In this document: piece by piece, positions 9,840 through 23,569 of the stretch
Layout: every line of letters begins with the position of its first letter
How positions within the stretch are numbered: the stretch's first letter is position 1
Origin: Octopus bimaculoides
Taxonomy: Eukaryota
Direction: 5' to 3'
NCBI RefSeq assembly: GCF_001194135.2
Contig: NC_068981.1
Coordinates: 93,903,013 to 93,951,660, forward strand
Length of the DNA: 48,648 bases
Made by a program: the position numbers and the translations under genes
The notes under the pieces: generated by a model
Databases searched by the model: none
Told to the model about the DNA's origin: nothing
The model's input: only the letters and a program-made list of their open reading frames with translations

Positions 9840-12117
9840 AACCCTGATGCAGCAAACCATTCCAGCCTGGTAAAAATCCCTGCCGTTAATTTGGTGTGGA
9901 TGGGTAACATCAAATAATTCAATCACAACATATATTCAAATTAAACATGAAAAAAATTGTAATATCATCATCACTTACATGGAAAAATTGAAATGCTATC
10001 TTTCAGTATTTTATAAGGTAAAATCTTAAAATTATTAATTGACACATTATTAATTATCTTATTACAGCAATACCTGGAAGAATCATGGATTACATGGAAA
10101 AATGCGAGCAAGAAAAGTAACATTCTTAAGATTATAAACCTGGAAAAGTACAGGACAAGTTATTACACCTGTAAAACTATAGGACAAGCGATTACTTCTA
10201 GTAAAGTAAAGAATAAGTAACTTTTTACTTACAATATTGCAGCTAAAATTAAAATTTGAATATTAAAAATTATTTTATTATAATTTACAAATTCTCTTAC
10301 AGGCGTAGGAGTGGCTGTGTGGTAAGCAGCTTGCTTACGAATCACAGCGCTAAGATTAAGGCTAAATTTAGCGCTAGCACTAATGTAAATATAAGGCTTA
10401 GTACAAACAAACACTAAAGTTAATGCAATGGCTAACACTAACAATTACCTGAAATATGAAATAACACTAAAATGGAACTAACCCTAAATTTCATAACGTT
10501 AATGTAGATCCTAATCTTAATGCTAACATAGCACTAACCCTAACATTAAACGAACGCTATATATAATGAAAACCTTAATCTTTTCCCCAAACTGAACGAT
10601 ATACATATAAGCTAAAACCTAAACCCATTCAGAGTCCTTACCTTAAACTTAACACAATAAATCTAATAATAACATGACCTCTAACCATGAACGCTAAATC
10701 TTAACACATACTCTAATCCTAACACTAGCCCAAAAGCTAATTTTAAACCTAACCCTAAACTTAAAGTTAATGTTTAATCTTTAATATAAACTGCATGTTA
10801 ATGGAAACTCTAAAACTAAATCTATCCCTGAAACCTAAGCTTAAATCTAACTTTTAAAATAAACTTAACCCAAAATCGAAACTTATTTTTAAACCTAACT
10901 TAAGCCTAATATTAAATTTAACATTAACACTAACCATAGACATCAATATAATACGAACTCTAAATCTATAGATTAACATGAACCTAGTCCTAAACTTTAA
11001 AATTTCCTCTAATGCTAATATTAAACATAGTAACTTCAACTGTGGTTATAAAACTAGACCACAAGTAAACGTAATGTTAATTCTAAACCAAAAAGAAATG
11101 TAATCTGAACCCTAAGAACAAAACTAATACTAACAAAATACTAACCCTTAACATAGATTGGAACCTAAGCCTAATCCTAACATAATCCTAAAACTTTTTC
11201 TGTAATCCTGATTCTAACTCTAATACTATTCTACTCTAACTGCTATGCGCTTACCTAACAATAACGCTAACTCTAACAGTAACGCAAACTCAGAACTTAA
11301 TTCTAACCCTTAACCTAAAAGTAAATCTAAACATAATCTTAAACTTAGTTTTAACACTAAATAGAAAGGTAAAACATAACTAACTCAACAGGCGAATTTA
11401 CCCTGACACTTGCACGATCTCTAAACTTACCCTTCACAAACTTAAACCTAAAATTAATGTCAGCACTCATAATAGCTTTAGCAATAACAAAAATCTAAAC
11501 ATAACACTAAATATAAACCAAGCCCTAAAATTTAACAGTAATCTAACAATAAGCACTAAACCGCCACCTAATAGTATCTCGGACCTTAATCTGAACCATA
11601 ACTATAAAACTAACCAAAATCCTGACGGTAAACTTAACCTTAATCCTTACACTCACCATAACCTAACAATAGCAATAACTATCACGCTAAATTAACTTAT
11701 TAACCGTAATCCTAATATTGATTCTAAAGCTAAACTATAACACACTAACTCTCAACCTAATGCTATTCTTAATTATAATACTTCGCCATCGCTAACACAA
11801 ACGTTAGCCTTTAAATGAAACGTAACTCTCATAATAAACTTAATGCTAAACCTTACGTAAGCCGAACTAAACCAAACTCTAATCATGACCCAAATACGAG
11901 CATTGAGCCAAACATTAACACTAGTAGAAAACCTATCGTTAAAATCAATCCTGATCACGACCCTAACTCTAACACGACCCAAAATATAAATATGAGGTTA
12001 ACCTTAAAACAAAAGTAATAGGAACGCTAACCGTAACCCGAGTATGAACTATAACTCTAAAGACGAACGAAATTCCGCTAACAATTCAGTCAGCCTAATA
12101 TCAAGACTACCACAAAG

Positions 12118-12302
12118 CCAACGAGTTGCAGAACCGTTAGCACGCCGGGAAAAATGCTTAGCGTCATTTCGCCCGTTTTAACATTCGGAGTTCAAATTTC
12201 GCCGAGGTCGACTTTGTTTTTCATCCTTTCGGGGACACTGGATTCCATGTAATCGACTTACTCCCACCTCAGAAGTGCTGGCTTTGTGCTGAAATTTGAA
12301 AC
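12118..12302 (+). mobile_element. tRNA-derived SINE, family C
   Basis: gcagaaccgttagcacgccgggaaaaatgcttagc...gagttcaaat...gaggtcgactttg...tcatcctttcgggg. Homologs occur at 25490, 27945, 28220 and 32290. Confidence 0.75.
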
Positions 12303-12828
12303 CGATATTAAAATCATCACTAACCCTAAACTTAAATCTGAACATAACGTTTAAAATGTGTAAATTTAATACTAGTTCCATCTCTAACCTTAACATAGAA
12401 ATTAACACTAAACTAAACCAAACATTATACATAAATCTAACCATAGAATTAACCTTAACCTTAAAAATAACCAAACATCATTAACCCTTAATTTAAAACT
12501 AATTTAAGAATAAACTTAAATGTAACACTAAACCTCATTATAATACTAATGTCAAATCTATCCCTAACTGCTAGTATAACACTAAACTAAAACTGAACGC
12601 ATGACCTAAAAATAACCAAACATTAAAAAAAACATTAACCCTAGACGTAATCTTCGATAGATTGTTAATCTAAATCCGAAGCATAACACTAACTCTAACC
12701 CTAACCTTAACCTTAAGTATAACACTAATCCTATACCAAATATTAAATGTGAACTTGCCTCTAAAGTTAACATATAACCCTAAAACTAAACCCTCGCTTA
12801 AACCCAAAATTAAATTCGAAGATAATCT

Positions 12829-13110
12829 ACGTGGTGTTCAGGTTACATTTGACATTTTGCATAGAAGGAAAAGGAAAAAAAAACATAATATTCCATCCAA
12901 AAATAAAAGTATTTTAAAAAAAATAAAAAAATATCAACTAGATTATAGTTGGAAGATAACAGCTTACTCAAAGTAGCCAACCTCAAGATTCCACCAAAGC
13001 CTGAAGGCTCCTCCAAAACCTGGTTCGTGCGTTCCTCACTGTGTCTCTGTGAAGATCTTCGAACAGGCCGTCTGTGATGAAATATCTTTTTAAACTCCCT
13101 CAAAACATCT
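12829..13110 (-). mobile_element. Tc1/mariner (maT-like) 3' terminal fragment
   Basis: Similar to the left end of 26270-27071 (ggtgttcaggttacatttgaca...gataacagcttactcaaa). Confidence 0.55.
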
Positions 13111-13562
13111 ACAAAGTATTCTTTGTTGACCGTCTAGCTTGAGGGAACCTAGTGGGTGTAGATGATGCCCTTGTTGTTGGAAAAGGGATTCATCATGAGC
13201 TTCCTGGTTGACCTGCTTTGCCTTACCTCTTGTGCCAGCAAAAAGCAAATGCTCGGTTCATACAAGTTAATCCATAAGCAGGCTGGAGCATTTCATAAGT
13301 TTCTGTAGCGTTTTTTCCATGTTTAACACAAAAATTTATTGCATAATGAGCTTCCAAATTGTCTTCACGTCCTAACTGCATTCTCCAAAATAATTAGTTG
13401 TGATAAATAGTAGGCTGTTGCGGTCGTCTCATTTAATTTGGAATAAAGAAAAGTTGGCAGGTCCATACTAAAATTATAATAATCTGGGATAGTTATAACT
13501 GCCTCTCCTAAAAAAAAAGTCTGAAAACTTCTGGAATGAACCTCGTAATTCTATCATTTGTT

Positions 13563-13939
13563 TGTTGGCACTCCGTCGCTTACGATGTCGAAGGTTCCAG
13601 TTGATCCGATCAACGGAACAGCCTGCTCGTGAAATTAACGTGCAAGTGACTGAGCACTCCACAGGTACGTGTACGCTTAACGTAGTTCTCTGGGATATTC
13701 AGCGTGACACAGTGTGAAAAGGCTGACCCTTTGAATTACAGGCACAACAGAAACAGGAAGAGTGAGAGAAAGTTGTGGTGAAAGAGTACAGCAGGGTTCG
13801 CCACCATCCCCTGCCGGAGCCTCGTGGAGCTTTAGGTGTTTTCGCTCAATAAACACTCAGAACGCCCGGTCTGGGAATCGAAACCACGATCCTATGACCG
13901 CGAGTCCGCTGCCCTAACCACTGGGCCATTGCGCCTCCA
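13563..13939 (-). mobile_element. tRNA-derived SINE, family B, near full length
   Basis: Reverse complement of 44277-44657, with head tggaggcgcaatggcccagtggttagggcagcggactcgcgg. Confidence 0.85.
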
Positions 13940-14063
13940 ATTCTATCCATAAACATGAACTTAATCTCAAAGGTACAGTTAATGTGAAGGTAACTTATCA
14001 ATCCATCAATACAAGTATGCGTAACAAAAAAATTAGCGTTAACGCTAAATATGATCCAAACTC

Positions 14064-14654
14064 TACGAGGTTGTATCAAAAGATTGCCGGACTAGTTATG
14101 TTTAATAAGAAAAAAATGACTTATTTACCTAAGTTTTAACATCATCTCGTACGAAATAGTCACCTTGCGCAGCAATACACTGGTCCCAGCGTTCCTGCCA
14201 CCTTTGGAATCCGGTCTGGAAGTCATTTAGCGTAAGCGAATCGAGGACCTTTTGCGATTTAACACCGTTGTAGAGATCCAGAGCGTCAACCAGGGACGTT
14301 CTTCCGCTTTTGAAGCGTCTGCACCACTCGAAACATTACGTACGATCCATTGCCTCGTCGCCGTAAGCTTGACGAAGTGTACTCAATCTCTTTGTAGCAG
14401 ACTTCCCAAGTTCAACGCAAAATTTCACGTTAGCTCTTTGTTCCAACTTCCTGTCTATGACAAAATCGCAGATTACAGCTTAGACGTGATCACAAAAACA
14501 CAAATTTCACAACCTGCAAAGTAAACACAACGATGTCACTTGGCTCACTGCCTCATGAAGGCTACTGCTAGCTCTCACTGCGCACGCAACCGTGTACTGC
14601 CATCTGCTGGCACGTTACGGAACTAGTCCGGGAACTTTTTGCTACCACTTCATA
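14064..14654 (-). mobile_element. Internally deleted mariner element
   Basis: Imperfect ~34-bp terminal inverted repeats ending in ccggactagtt/aactagtccgg, with flanking TA. The minus strand encodes DRKLEQRANVKFCVELGKSAT...AYGDEAMDRT*CFEW.RRFKSGRTSL (mariner HTH) joined to the C-terminal WQERWDQCIAAQGDYF. Confidence 0.85.
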
Positions 14655-16176
14655 AATCGAAAAATATAAGCACAAACCAGCACGAAACTCACTAAACATA
14701 TCTCTAAAGCTGGAATTAACGATAGACGTAAACCTAACCTTAATTCTAAGCAAAACCTTAACCGAAAGCCTAACACTAGTACTAATTCTAAACCTAAAAT
14801 TAAATTCAAAACTAACCCTAACTATAACCCAAAAATATTTTTAGTAATACCAGCCTTAAGTTTAACATTAATCGTAATGTAAGTTCTAGCTTTATCCAGT
14901 AACCTAGCCGTAGCACTTAACCTAAAATTCATTCTAACATGAAACCTAACCCCGACCTTAAACCAAGCCCTAAATCTTGCAAAAATAATCTAACCTTAAG
15001 CATAAAATTAAGCACAGTATTAAGCAGAACAGTAAATATAAACCTAAATCTAAGAATAAATTTACCTGACATTAATCATAACAAAACCCTGATCCTAACT
15101 CTAAACCTAAATCTAAAATTAACACTAATGTTAACTTTAACCCAAATTCTACATTGTCTGACTCCAAATCTAATATTAATACTAACGCTAAAAATAAAGC
15201 TTAAAAGGAAACCTAATGTTAAACATAAATAACCTTAAGACTAGCATTAACAAGAACGTTAGCCTAAAACAAAAGCTCCTGATCACCATAACATTAAACG
15301 TAACGCTAAACCTAGCATGAACCCGAACTATAAACCTAAAGTGAATCTCAAAACGTACCTAGAACTTAACTATCATTTACACGTAAAATATAATACTAAC
15401 ATTAACATAAAACTTAACGCTAACTTTAATTCAAATATTAGCCCTAATGTTAAACCTAACATATCGCTAACACTAAATATAAACATAGGTCTAGTCTTAA
15501 AACGAACGAAACCCAGTAGTGAAGCTTAACAGAAAAACTACTGATCACTCTAAAAATAACAGTAATGTAACGGTAAATATTAACTAATGCTAATCCTATT
15601 GCTAGCTCTACAACTAATCATAACACTAAACCTAAACTTAACCCTAAAATATCACTTGTCCTAACACTAGGCCTAGAAGTAAACTCAAAACCTGACAGTA
15701 ACACCATCTCTGACAATCTTCAACTCTAAACAAGACTTTGAATGTAATACTAACTTCAATCCTCACTATAAAACTAACCCTACCAGTAACTCTAATATCT
15801 AACCACACATACCGCTAACCTAACACTCAAGCCTAGCACTAAATTAAAATCTAAACCTAATACTAAACTAACTCTAAAATTAATCCTAACCAAAACACTA
15901 AAACTAATTTAGTTCTATCCCCGAAACTCTACCTTGCATTAAAATTAACCCTATTAGTAACCTTTAACATAGATATGCCATTAACCCTAGCTCTAAACTT
16001 AAAACTAAAATTTTTAAAAATGAAAACTAACCCCAACATGAATCTTAAAGCTAACGATAATCATGACGCAAATCCTAACTCTAACCTCAAACATGGTGCT
16101 ATCTCTAAATTTACTCAAATAATAAATATAACACTACAAATTAACCTAATCCCAACCCTAACTTTCACGCTAATTA

Positions 16177-16924
16177 TTGGGTTGTCAGATAAAAATGTTC
16201 GTTGGGGTTTTTTCATTCATTTTAATCCTTATTTTTCAACAATTTTAACGAATCAATCAATTGTTATATTCTCCATCATTGTTCCTGATTTCTTTGTAGC
16301 TCCGGGGTCGGGGAACTTTTTAACCAATTACCCCCAAAATATATTTATTTACGCCGACATTAACCCCTTGATTTGAAAAGAAGAAAATCATAGATTCTTC
16401 GAATTCAAAAGATTTATTGAATCTATTTATACGAATCTATTTATACGAATCTATTTATACGAATCTATGTACATGTCCAATAAACTGGACCGATGCAGTA
16501 TTGCCAGAAGAAAAATTTCTGTCATAACAAGGAACACGTTTTTTATATAATTCTATTTATGTCTAATGAGTCCTCATTAATCCCCACCCCCACCCCCACC
16601 CCCAAGAATTTCATTTTTACCCCCACTTGGAATAATTCACTGACCCGTGCGCTAGTATACAGTACAGATGACGTGAATGGCTTTTGGTAGCTTTGGAACC
16701 GTTATTATAATCAAAGAGAAGCACATGTCGAAAATGTTTTTGTTTTTGTTTTTTTTACTTGGCACTCAATCTGAAGAGAGGTAAAAATTTATTCACATTT
16801 AAAAAATGATAAACAAAAGTTGCCTAGGTAGAACAAAGCTACATGAAACACTACGATAAAAATATTTATCATATTAATTCAGGTAACTTTGGAAAGAAAC
16901 GAACGAATTTATTTGACAACCCAA
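16177..16924 (+). mobile_element. Non-autonomous mariner-like element
   Basis: Terminal inverted repeats ttgggttgtcagataaaaatgttcgtt / aacgaatttatttgacaacccaa, with TA on the left. Confidence 0.55.
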
Positions 16925-19650
16925 TGACTAACCCTAACACTGACAATAAACCTAAAATTAATGCTAATACGAAACCGAAGCCTAGTCTAACTCCTAAAGA
17001 CTAAACCTAAACTTAAATCGATCATTTAGGCAAGTATTAAAATATATCGGTAAAATTGACACTAAATAAGACCAAATGCTAGAGGTAATTAGTACTAAAC
17101 AATATGAGAGGATAAGCTCAAGAATCAAGAATTCTTCGAGAAGACAAGATGGTTGTTGTGATCACATGTTTCTACCTCCATAGGCATCATCAACACAGCA
17201 ACTTCTCTACCTTACCTTCACTAGATCACACTTAGACATATACCAAAATAGAACATATTCATTTATGACCTTAGGTCATTTGCATAAATGAAACGAAAAT
17301 GAGCAATGAGAAATGCCTCCGAATGGCCAGTAACGTGTCTTTGAACAACAAAGACGAATAAGAGTACATCACTTGCAGGCGCACACACACACACACACAC
17401 ACACATCCATCCATCCATCCATCCATACATACATACATACATACATACATACATACAAACAAAACTATATTGAGGTGATATGACAAATAAGATCGATAGA
17501 CAAAAATTGTTGCGGAAGAATAGAACTACAAATAAACAAGCATAAAACACTGATAAAAGTATTTTCCGTATTAATTCCTATTCTTTTCTACTCTTATAGC
17601 ATAAGCAGAAAACCTCTCTAATCAATATTATAAGAGCCGTGTCTCTCTGTCCGTATGTCCGTCCGTCACACGCTCAGATTCTCACAATCAGATGATTTTC
17701 AAGTAATTTATTTAGAGAAAAGAAATAAAAATAAAAAAACAGTGAATTTATTTAATTTTTTCGTTTAATTCACATATGCAGCATAAGGAAAAATAAAGTT
17801 TGTTTATTCTTTTTTCATTTTTATCTTGTCAAAGTTCATTTTTCGCTCACACGCCACCGAAAAAAAAGATGGCCATGAATATTTTACTAGCAAATATAAC
17901 AAAGGACAAAGTGTTTCATGATGATCAGAAAAGGAGAAAGCTGGGGAGACAGGAAGAAGAAAAAGAAAGGTAATGTTGAACACAGAACCTTGACTAAGGA
18001 ACATTGTATATAAAGAAGTCGTTTAATTAAATGTAAATATTGCACAATGTATATTCATTAAGTTTGCAGGATATGTAATGTAATATCTTGTAGTAAATAT
18101 AAAAAGATCATTTATTAAAACTTCGTTCAGAAAGACGACCTAAATTTTAATAATTTATCAATTTCAGAAAATGCTAATATAAATAACAAACATTTCTGAA
18201 AATGAAAAAATAGGGGGAAAAAAGTTAGTAACTTTGTAATTTTTTCAAAGCCTTTTGTTTTTAGCTTAAATACATTTTACATGAAAGACAGTATTTTAAA
18301 TGGATAGAGAATTTTGATTTGAAATTTTATCGTTTTGCTGTCAGCAATGTGACGGGTGTTGAACTAGTATATATTATAATGGCTAAAGAAATTGCATAAT
18401 GTTCATTTTACACCCAGAGCATTAGGAGAGAAAGAAAAATTAAGCAGCGGCGACTGGGGTATGCCAATTAGATCAGGGATTGAGATTTATCGCAGGGAGG
18501 GCGCTCTCTCTCACTCTCTCTCTCTTTCTCTCCCTCTCTCTCTTTCTCTCCCTCTCTCTCTCTCTCCAACAATGATTGTAATAACGAAAGAATAACTTGG
18601 TAGAGTTCATTAAGCCCATCACAAAGGATTTAATAGCCCAGTCTCTTGAATGAAACATGCTTGCTTGTCTCCACTTTCTTTCTCTCTCTTTGTCTCTCTC
18701 TCTCCCTCCCTCTCTCTATTAACTTTTTCCTTCCAACATAATTACCGGAAATTTGTATTTTTTTTTTCCGTGAGATATTTTTTATTCCACACCATTAGGT
18801 AGTTTTTAACCACATAAGCGACATCAGATGATTTGGAAAATATTGACCATAAAAATTGACCATAAATCATTTCAAACCCAACACAAAATAAAACAATCCC
18901 TCACTCTCTCTCAGTTCTTTTGCTGTCTTCTTCTCCCTCTCTCCCTCTCTCTCTCACACACACAAACACACACACACATACACACATACATACATGCACG
19001 CACACAAACCACACCATTTGTCGACCAAAATGTCTTTCCAATCGACTGACTAACAGAAAAAAAAATGGAAATGAGCTAAATCAATCAATCACTTATCAAA
19101 ATCTTTATTAGCGACATCAGTTACTAACTGCAAATGTCCGAGAGAGAAAATCTGGAAGAAAAAAAAATCATTCTTTTTGAACTTTTTTCCTCTGAGACTT
19201 TGAAATGGTCAATCAAGTCAGTCCAGTGTTTTTTTTGTTTTTTTTTTTGCTTTTCTTTTTCTTTTCTGTTTGTGTCATTTTTTTTTTGTCTTTTTTTTAA
19301 TTTGGATTGACTGACCACTTTGATTTTTTTTTATTATGTTCCTAGTGAGCTCAGAACGTGGACTGGTTTCAATTTCTGGGAGAAGATAAAATTATCTTCA
19401 GTTATTAATAAACATAAACACAGCTGGATGCTCTCAGGAAAAATCATAATAAACGTCACACAAATTCATTTCTCTTCCTCCGTAACATTGTAATTCTGTA
19501 ATTCTCTGATTAAGATGTTCATTTATTGTTGTTGCTTTTCATATTAATTTTTTTATTTAGTTTTCTGGCAGATAGCATTAAAAATGAATGAATGCATCGT
19601 TGAGAGCTGAAATTTTATAAAATTGTCGATTAAAGTCGGATGTTTTTTTT

Positions 19651-19695
<45 letters not shown>

Positions 19696-20462
19696 TCTTT
19701 CACCCCGCCAGAACTCATTAAGTGGGACTGCATACAACGGACAAGAAACTATATATTTATTTGTTCATATCCATTGTAGTTTTTATGGCAAGGCAGCGGA
19801 GTTTGCGAAAACAGTGTAGCACTGGACTAATTTAGTCTCGTTTTCTTTCTGTTCTGGGGTTCTTCAATTTTATCTCTATTCACCCCAAGGTCAAAAAATG
19901 TAATACACCATGAACAAGGATCGACCCAAATGACAAATGTGTGTTAGTTACAATGGCATTGTGAGAAACCATAATTAACTTCTAGTTTTTATTCCTGCAC
20001 AAAACTTACTCCAAAATTTGTGGCAATCTCCGCTTGCGTGAAACCAAAGGATAATCTGATTGCAAGCGTCGCAGAGGAGTCAACACAACGAGCTTCTTTC
20101 ATCGGAACTCATGTGAAAAACTAGGTTTCCAGGTAAGTGACAGCGTCAATAAATCCTTATTTTATGAACATGTGTGTATGTGCGTGTGTGCTTGTATGTG
20201 TGTGTGTGCATTTATTATTTTTTTGTTATTTTTCTTTAATAAAACTGTGGATTGGTTGAATCATTCAAGGGTCGGACGAAAAGCTTTGCGGTATCCACAT
20301 TTTTACGTTCTAAATTCAAATCGTGCTGCGGTCGATTTGCTTACCCTGAGGTTGATATAATCGGCTGTTTCCTTTCCCCAAAATTCTATATCTTGTACCT
20401 AAGTACCATAACTACAAAAAGAGAAAAGTAAAAATTATAATAATTCAATTATCTTCATAGAA

Positions 20463-20736
20463 GGCACGTGGCTTAGTGGTTAGGGCATTCGGCTCGCGAT
20501 CGTAATGTCGTGAGTTCGATTCCCGGCGATGCGTTGTGTCCTTGAGCAAGACACTTTATTTCACGTTGCTCCAGTCCATTCAGCTGGCAAAAATGAGTAG
20601 TACCTGTATTTCAAAGGGCCGGCATTGTCACGCTATGTGTCACGCTGAGTTTCCCTAAGAACTACGTTGGGGGTACACGTGTCTGTGGAGTGCTCAGTCA
20701 CTTGCACGTTAATTTCACGAGCAAGCTGTTCCGTTG
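20463..20736 (+). mobile_element. SINE sharing its 3' half with family B
   Basis: tRNA-like head, then gtgtccttgagcaagacact, then gtacacgtgtctgtggagtgctcag. Related minus-strand copies occur at ~24335-24497 and ~25070-25205. Confidence 0.75.
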
Positions 20737-21734
20737 CTGTGCTGCAATTATCTTCATTATCGTTAAAACATTTCCTACCAAACGGTAATGTATGCATATA
20801 TATCATCAGCATTGTTTAATGTCCACTTTTCCCATGGATTGGACAGAGTTCATTAAGGAAGATTTTTCTACGGCCGGATGCCCTTCCTGTCACTATCCCT
20901 CACCAGTTTCCAAGCAAAATATATTTCCCCATGGCCAGATATGTTTCCACAATATTTGAAATGAATGACACTGCTTGTATAACATAACAGTGACACTCAT
21001 TTGTAATCGTTACAAGATAAGGAAACGCAGACGTACACTCACATATACACACACGCATACATACATATACGTACATGCATATATGTGTGTGTGGGAGAGG
21101 CTATATGTATATGTGTCAGTCCTTGATACTTAAAATCGAGCGCATACTCGATGTCAGTTGGACGATACAACTAGCAATAATCACGCCTAGGATTTACCTC
21201 ATTGGCCATGGTACCGCCTCTGCACAAAGCTACACTCGTCTTCTGTTATAAGACCATTCTTAACTAAAATAATTTTATAGGAATATTGAATCGACTGATA
21301 CTTTTTGTCATTGACCTGGGTTTAAACGCAGATCATGAAGAGCCGTACAGCAAGTGCTTTGTCCGACGTTCTAACGATTCTTTTCATTCCTGCAATAATA
21401 ACAACTCGTATCTGATAATTTGTCATCTTTATTGTAAGAATCGATAAAGACCTTAGTCAATCACTAGATTATTTAGCGTAAGCGTTTGTAACAATAAATA
21501 TGAAAACTCAACACTGAATATTAAGTGTTATATATATCATATTGGAAGCCGAAATTTTACAAATCGTAAATCAGATCTTCGGGCACTAAAATCAACCAGA
21601 TCAGAAATGTGGAACTCGGAGTAACGATCCGTAAATGTTCAGTTTACTGTAAAAATATTCGGTATTATTACACAGTTCGGACACTCCAAGCTGTGTATTG
21701 AGTGGTCTAGAACTAACCTTTCTGGGTTAGTATT

Positions 21735-22050
21735 ACATATGATGATGGTGATGGCCATCCACTCGTGACCGAGGAAGACCATTGCCGACCTTCAGGAACA
21801 TTGTGCGCTCTAGGACTAACTTATATTTTGCATTTGCGGCTCCGTTGGAGGCTAATGAGCCATGCTCTTGACAAGCATACACGACTGCAAACATTGCAGA
21901 TCAAGCTTTCCCCATTCACTATATGAGCCGTGCGCTTTCGCGCAGCTTGCTTAAGTTCTTCATGCTGGATACGTGCTCTCTCAAAAGCGTCGATCCCCTC
22001 CTTAACCTGCTTCCGCCATTTGTGGCGATGACAGGCATTGTTCTCCCAGT
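21735..22050 (-). mobile_element. RTE-clade LINE 3' end
   Basis: WENNACHRHKWRKQVKEG...CNVCSRVCLSRAWLISLQRS matches the RTE C-terminal WE..A.DR..WR and C..C.R.C.SR.GL.SH motifs. A short (CAT)-type tail follows. Confidence 0.75.
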
Positions 22051-22074
22051 CATACATACATACATATATACATA

Positions 22075-22460
22075 CTGGGGGAATGTACCAGTGAAGACCT
22101 CAATAAAATGTAAGCACAACAGACCTGATATAATGATTTGGGATAGAGGAGAGAAACTTTGTACAGTTGTGGAAATTAGCGGCCCAGTGGGTGTTAACAT
22201 AAAGCTGAAGATCAGTGAAAAAAAGAACACCTAAGTTGAACTATTGAGAAATCTGCAGTTACTCTATCCAGATTACAAGTTCAGGTTTATACCTGTAATT
22301 ATTGGGGTCCTGGGATATGTAACACACTGCCTAAATAACAATCTTGAGAAATTAGGCTTCTCGAAACCAGAAAAGAGAAAGCTAATTCGAGGACTACAGG
22401 TCCAATCTATCACTGGAACTGTAAAAATATGGAAAAACTTTCCAGAAGTTTATCATTTAA
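22075..22460 (+). mobile_element. Non-LTR retrotransposon 3' fragment with restriction-like endonuclease (R4/NeSL/HERO-like)
   Basis: HNRPDIMIWD...VVEIS.P...NI..K..EK...Y....IPVIIG.LG is a PD-(D/E)xK RLE domain. One internal stop is present. Confidence 0.8.
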
Positions 22461-22797
22461 ATATATATATGAGCATGTCTAGATATGTAACTATATGCAT
22501 GATAATACATACATAAAACATACAAATCTCACATACATACATACATACATACATACATACATACATACATACATACATACATGCAACAAAAATGCCCTAT
22601 TGTTGATGTTGAATTTCCAATGAAGGAGCTTTGGATCTAGGTTAGAAACCGGTTCTTTCTCTATTGGCAAGAAATCGTGAAATAAACTGAATAATGACAT
22701 ACATACATATAAACACACAGGCACGCACATATATGAATGAAATTACAAATGTGAGATATCATACTGATTACTCTCCTCGTTTTCTTTTTCTATCTCT

Positions 22798-22837
<40 letters not shown>

Positions 22838-22849
22838 ATCTCTCTCTCT

Positions 22850-22885
<36 letters not shown>

Positions 22886-22961
22886 CACACACACATGTGT
22901 ATGTATGTATATATGTAATGTATGTATGTATATGTGTGTGTATGAATGAATGAATGAATGT

Positions 22962-23019
<58 letters not shown>

Positions 23020-23350
23020 CCACGTGCGTGTGTGTGTGTGTGTGTGTAATTTTTCCACATCGTTTCACCTTTCAGTCTGACAGGGTCTTAAAAACGAAAC
23101 TTTTATTTCGCTTTCTTTTTCTTGCGCCATTGATCAATCTCCTGTGAGATGGTGGGTAGCAGCAGTAGTAGAGATGGTGACTACAAAAGCGGCGATGGAG
23201 AAAGCGGCGACAATAGCAATGGCGTACATAAATAAAAGTCGGGAAGAGAAAAATTATGAGCAGATGGCAACAAGACGGACATTTGCAATTTCCATTTTAT
23301 ATGTTTTATACATTTGTTTTATTTTCTTCCTTTTCTTTTTACTCTATTAC

Positions 23351-23405
<55 letters not shown>

Positions 23406-23569
23406 CTCAATTCATTCAGTGTTTTGTTGTTTGTGTTCTTGCTTCTTGCAGCTCTATTATCCACGCGTGTGCGATAAAGAATAAATAGATGGCGGGAGCG
23501 AAAAGGGAAATGGGGAAAGGGATGAAGGGAAGGTGATGGGTGGGGAGTCTTTATTCATTATCCCTTGTA

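Larger units (their letters stand above)
10340..16165 (+). repeat. Degenerate telomere-like (TAACCC)n-type tract interrupted by SINEs and mariners; a further block at ~16925-17030
   Basis: Persistent ctaaccctaa/taaacctaa/ttaaccttaa 6-nt periodicity with a strongly A/C-rich, G-poor + strand. Confidence 0.7.

Noticed and set aside
13860-13939. tRNA-like sequences here and at 44277, 20463 and 10301
   Set aside because: They are SINE heads that continue into SINE bodies and lack a complete cloverleaf.
17869-17969. Possible first exon MAMNILLANITKDKVFHDDQKRRKLGRQEEEKE with donor AG|gtaatg
   Set aside because: There is no recognisable homology and no supportable downstream exon.
22617-22660. HHR-like GAAACCGGU palindrome after the RLE fragment
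   Set aside because: The CUGANGA core is absent (caaugaa) and stem I does not form at the required position.
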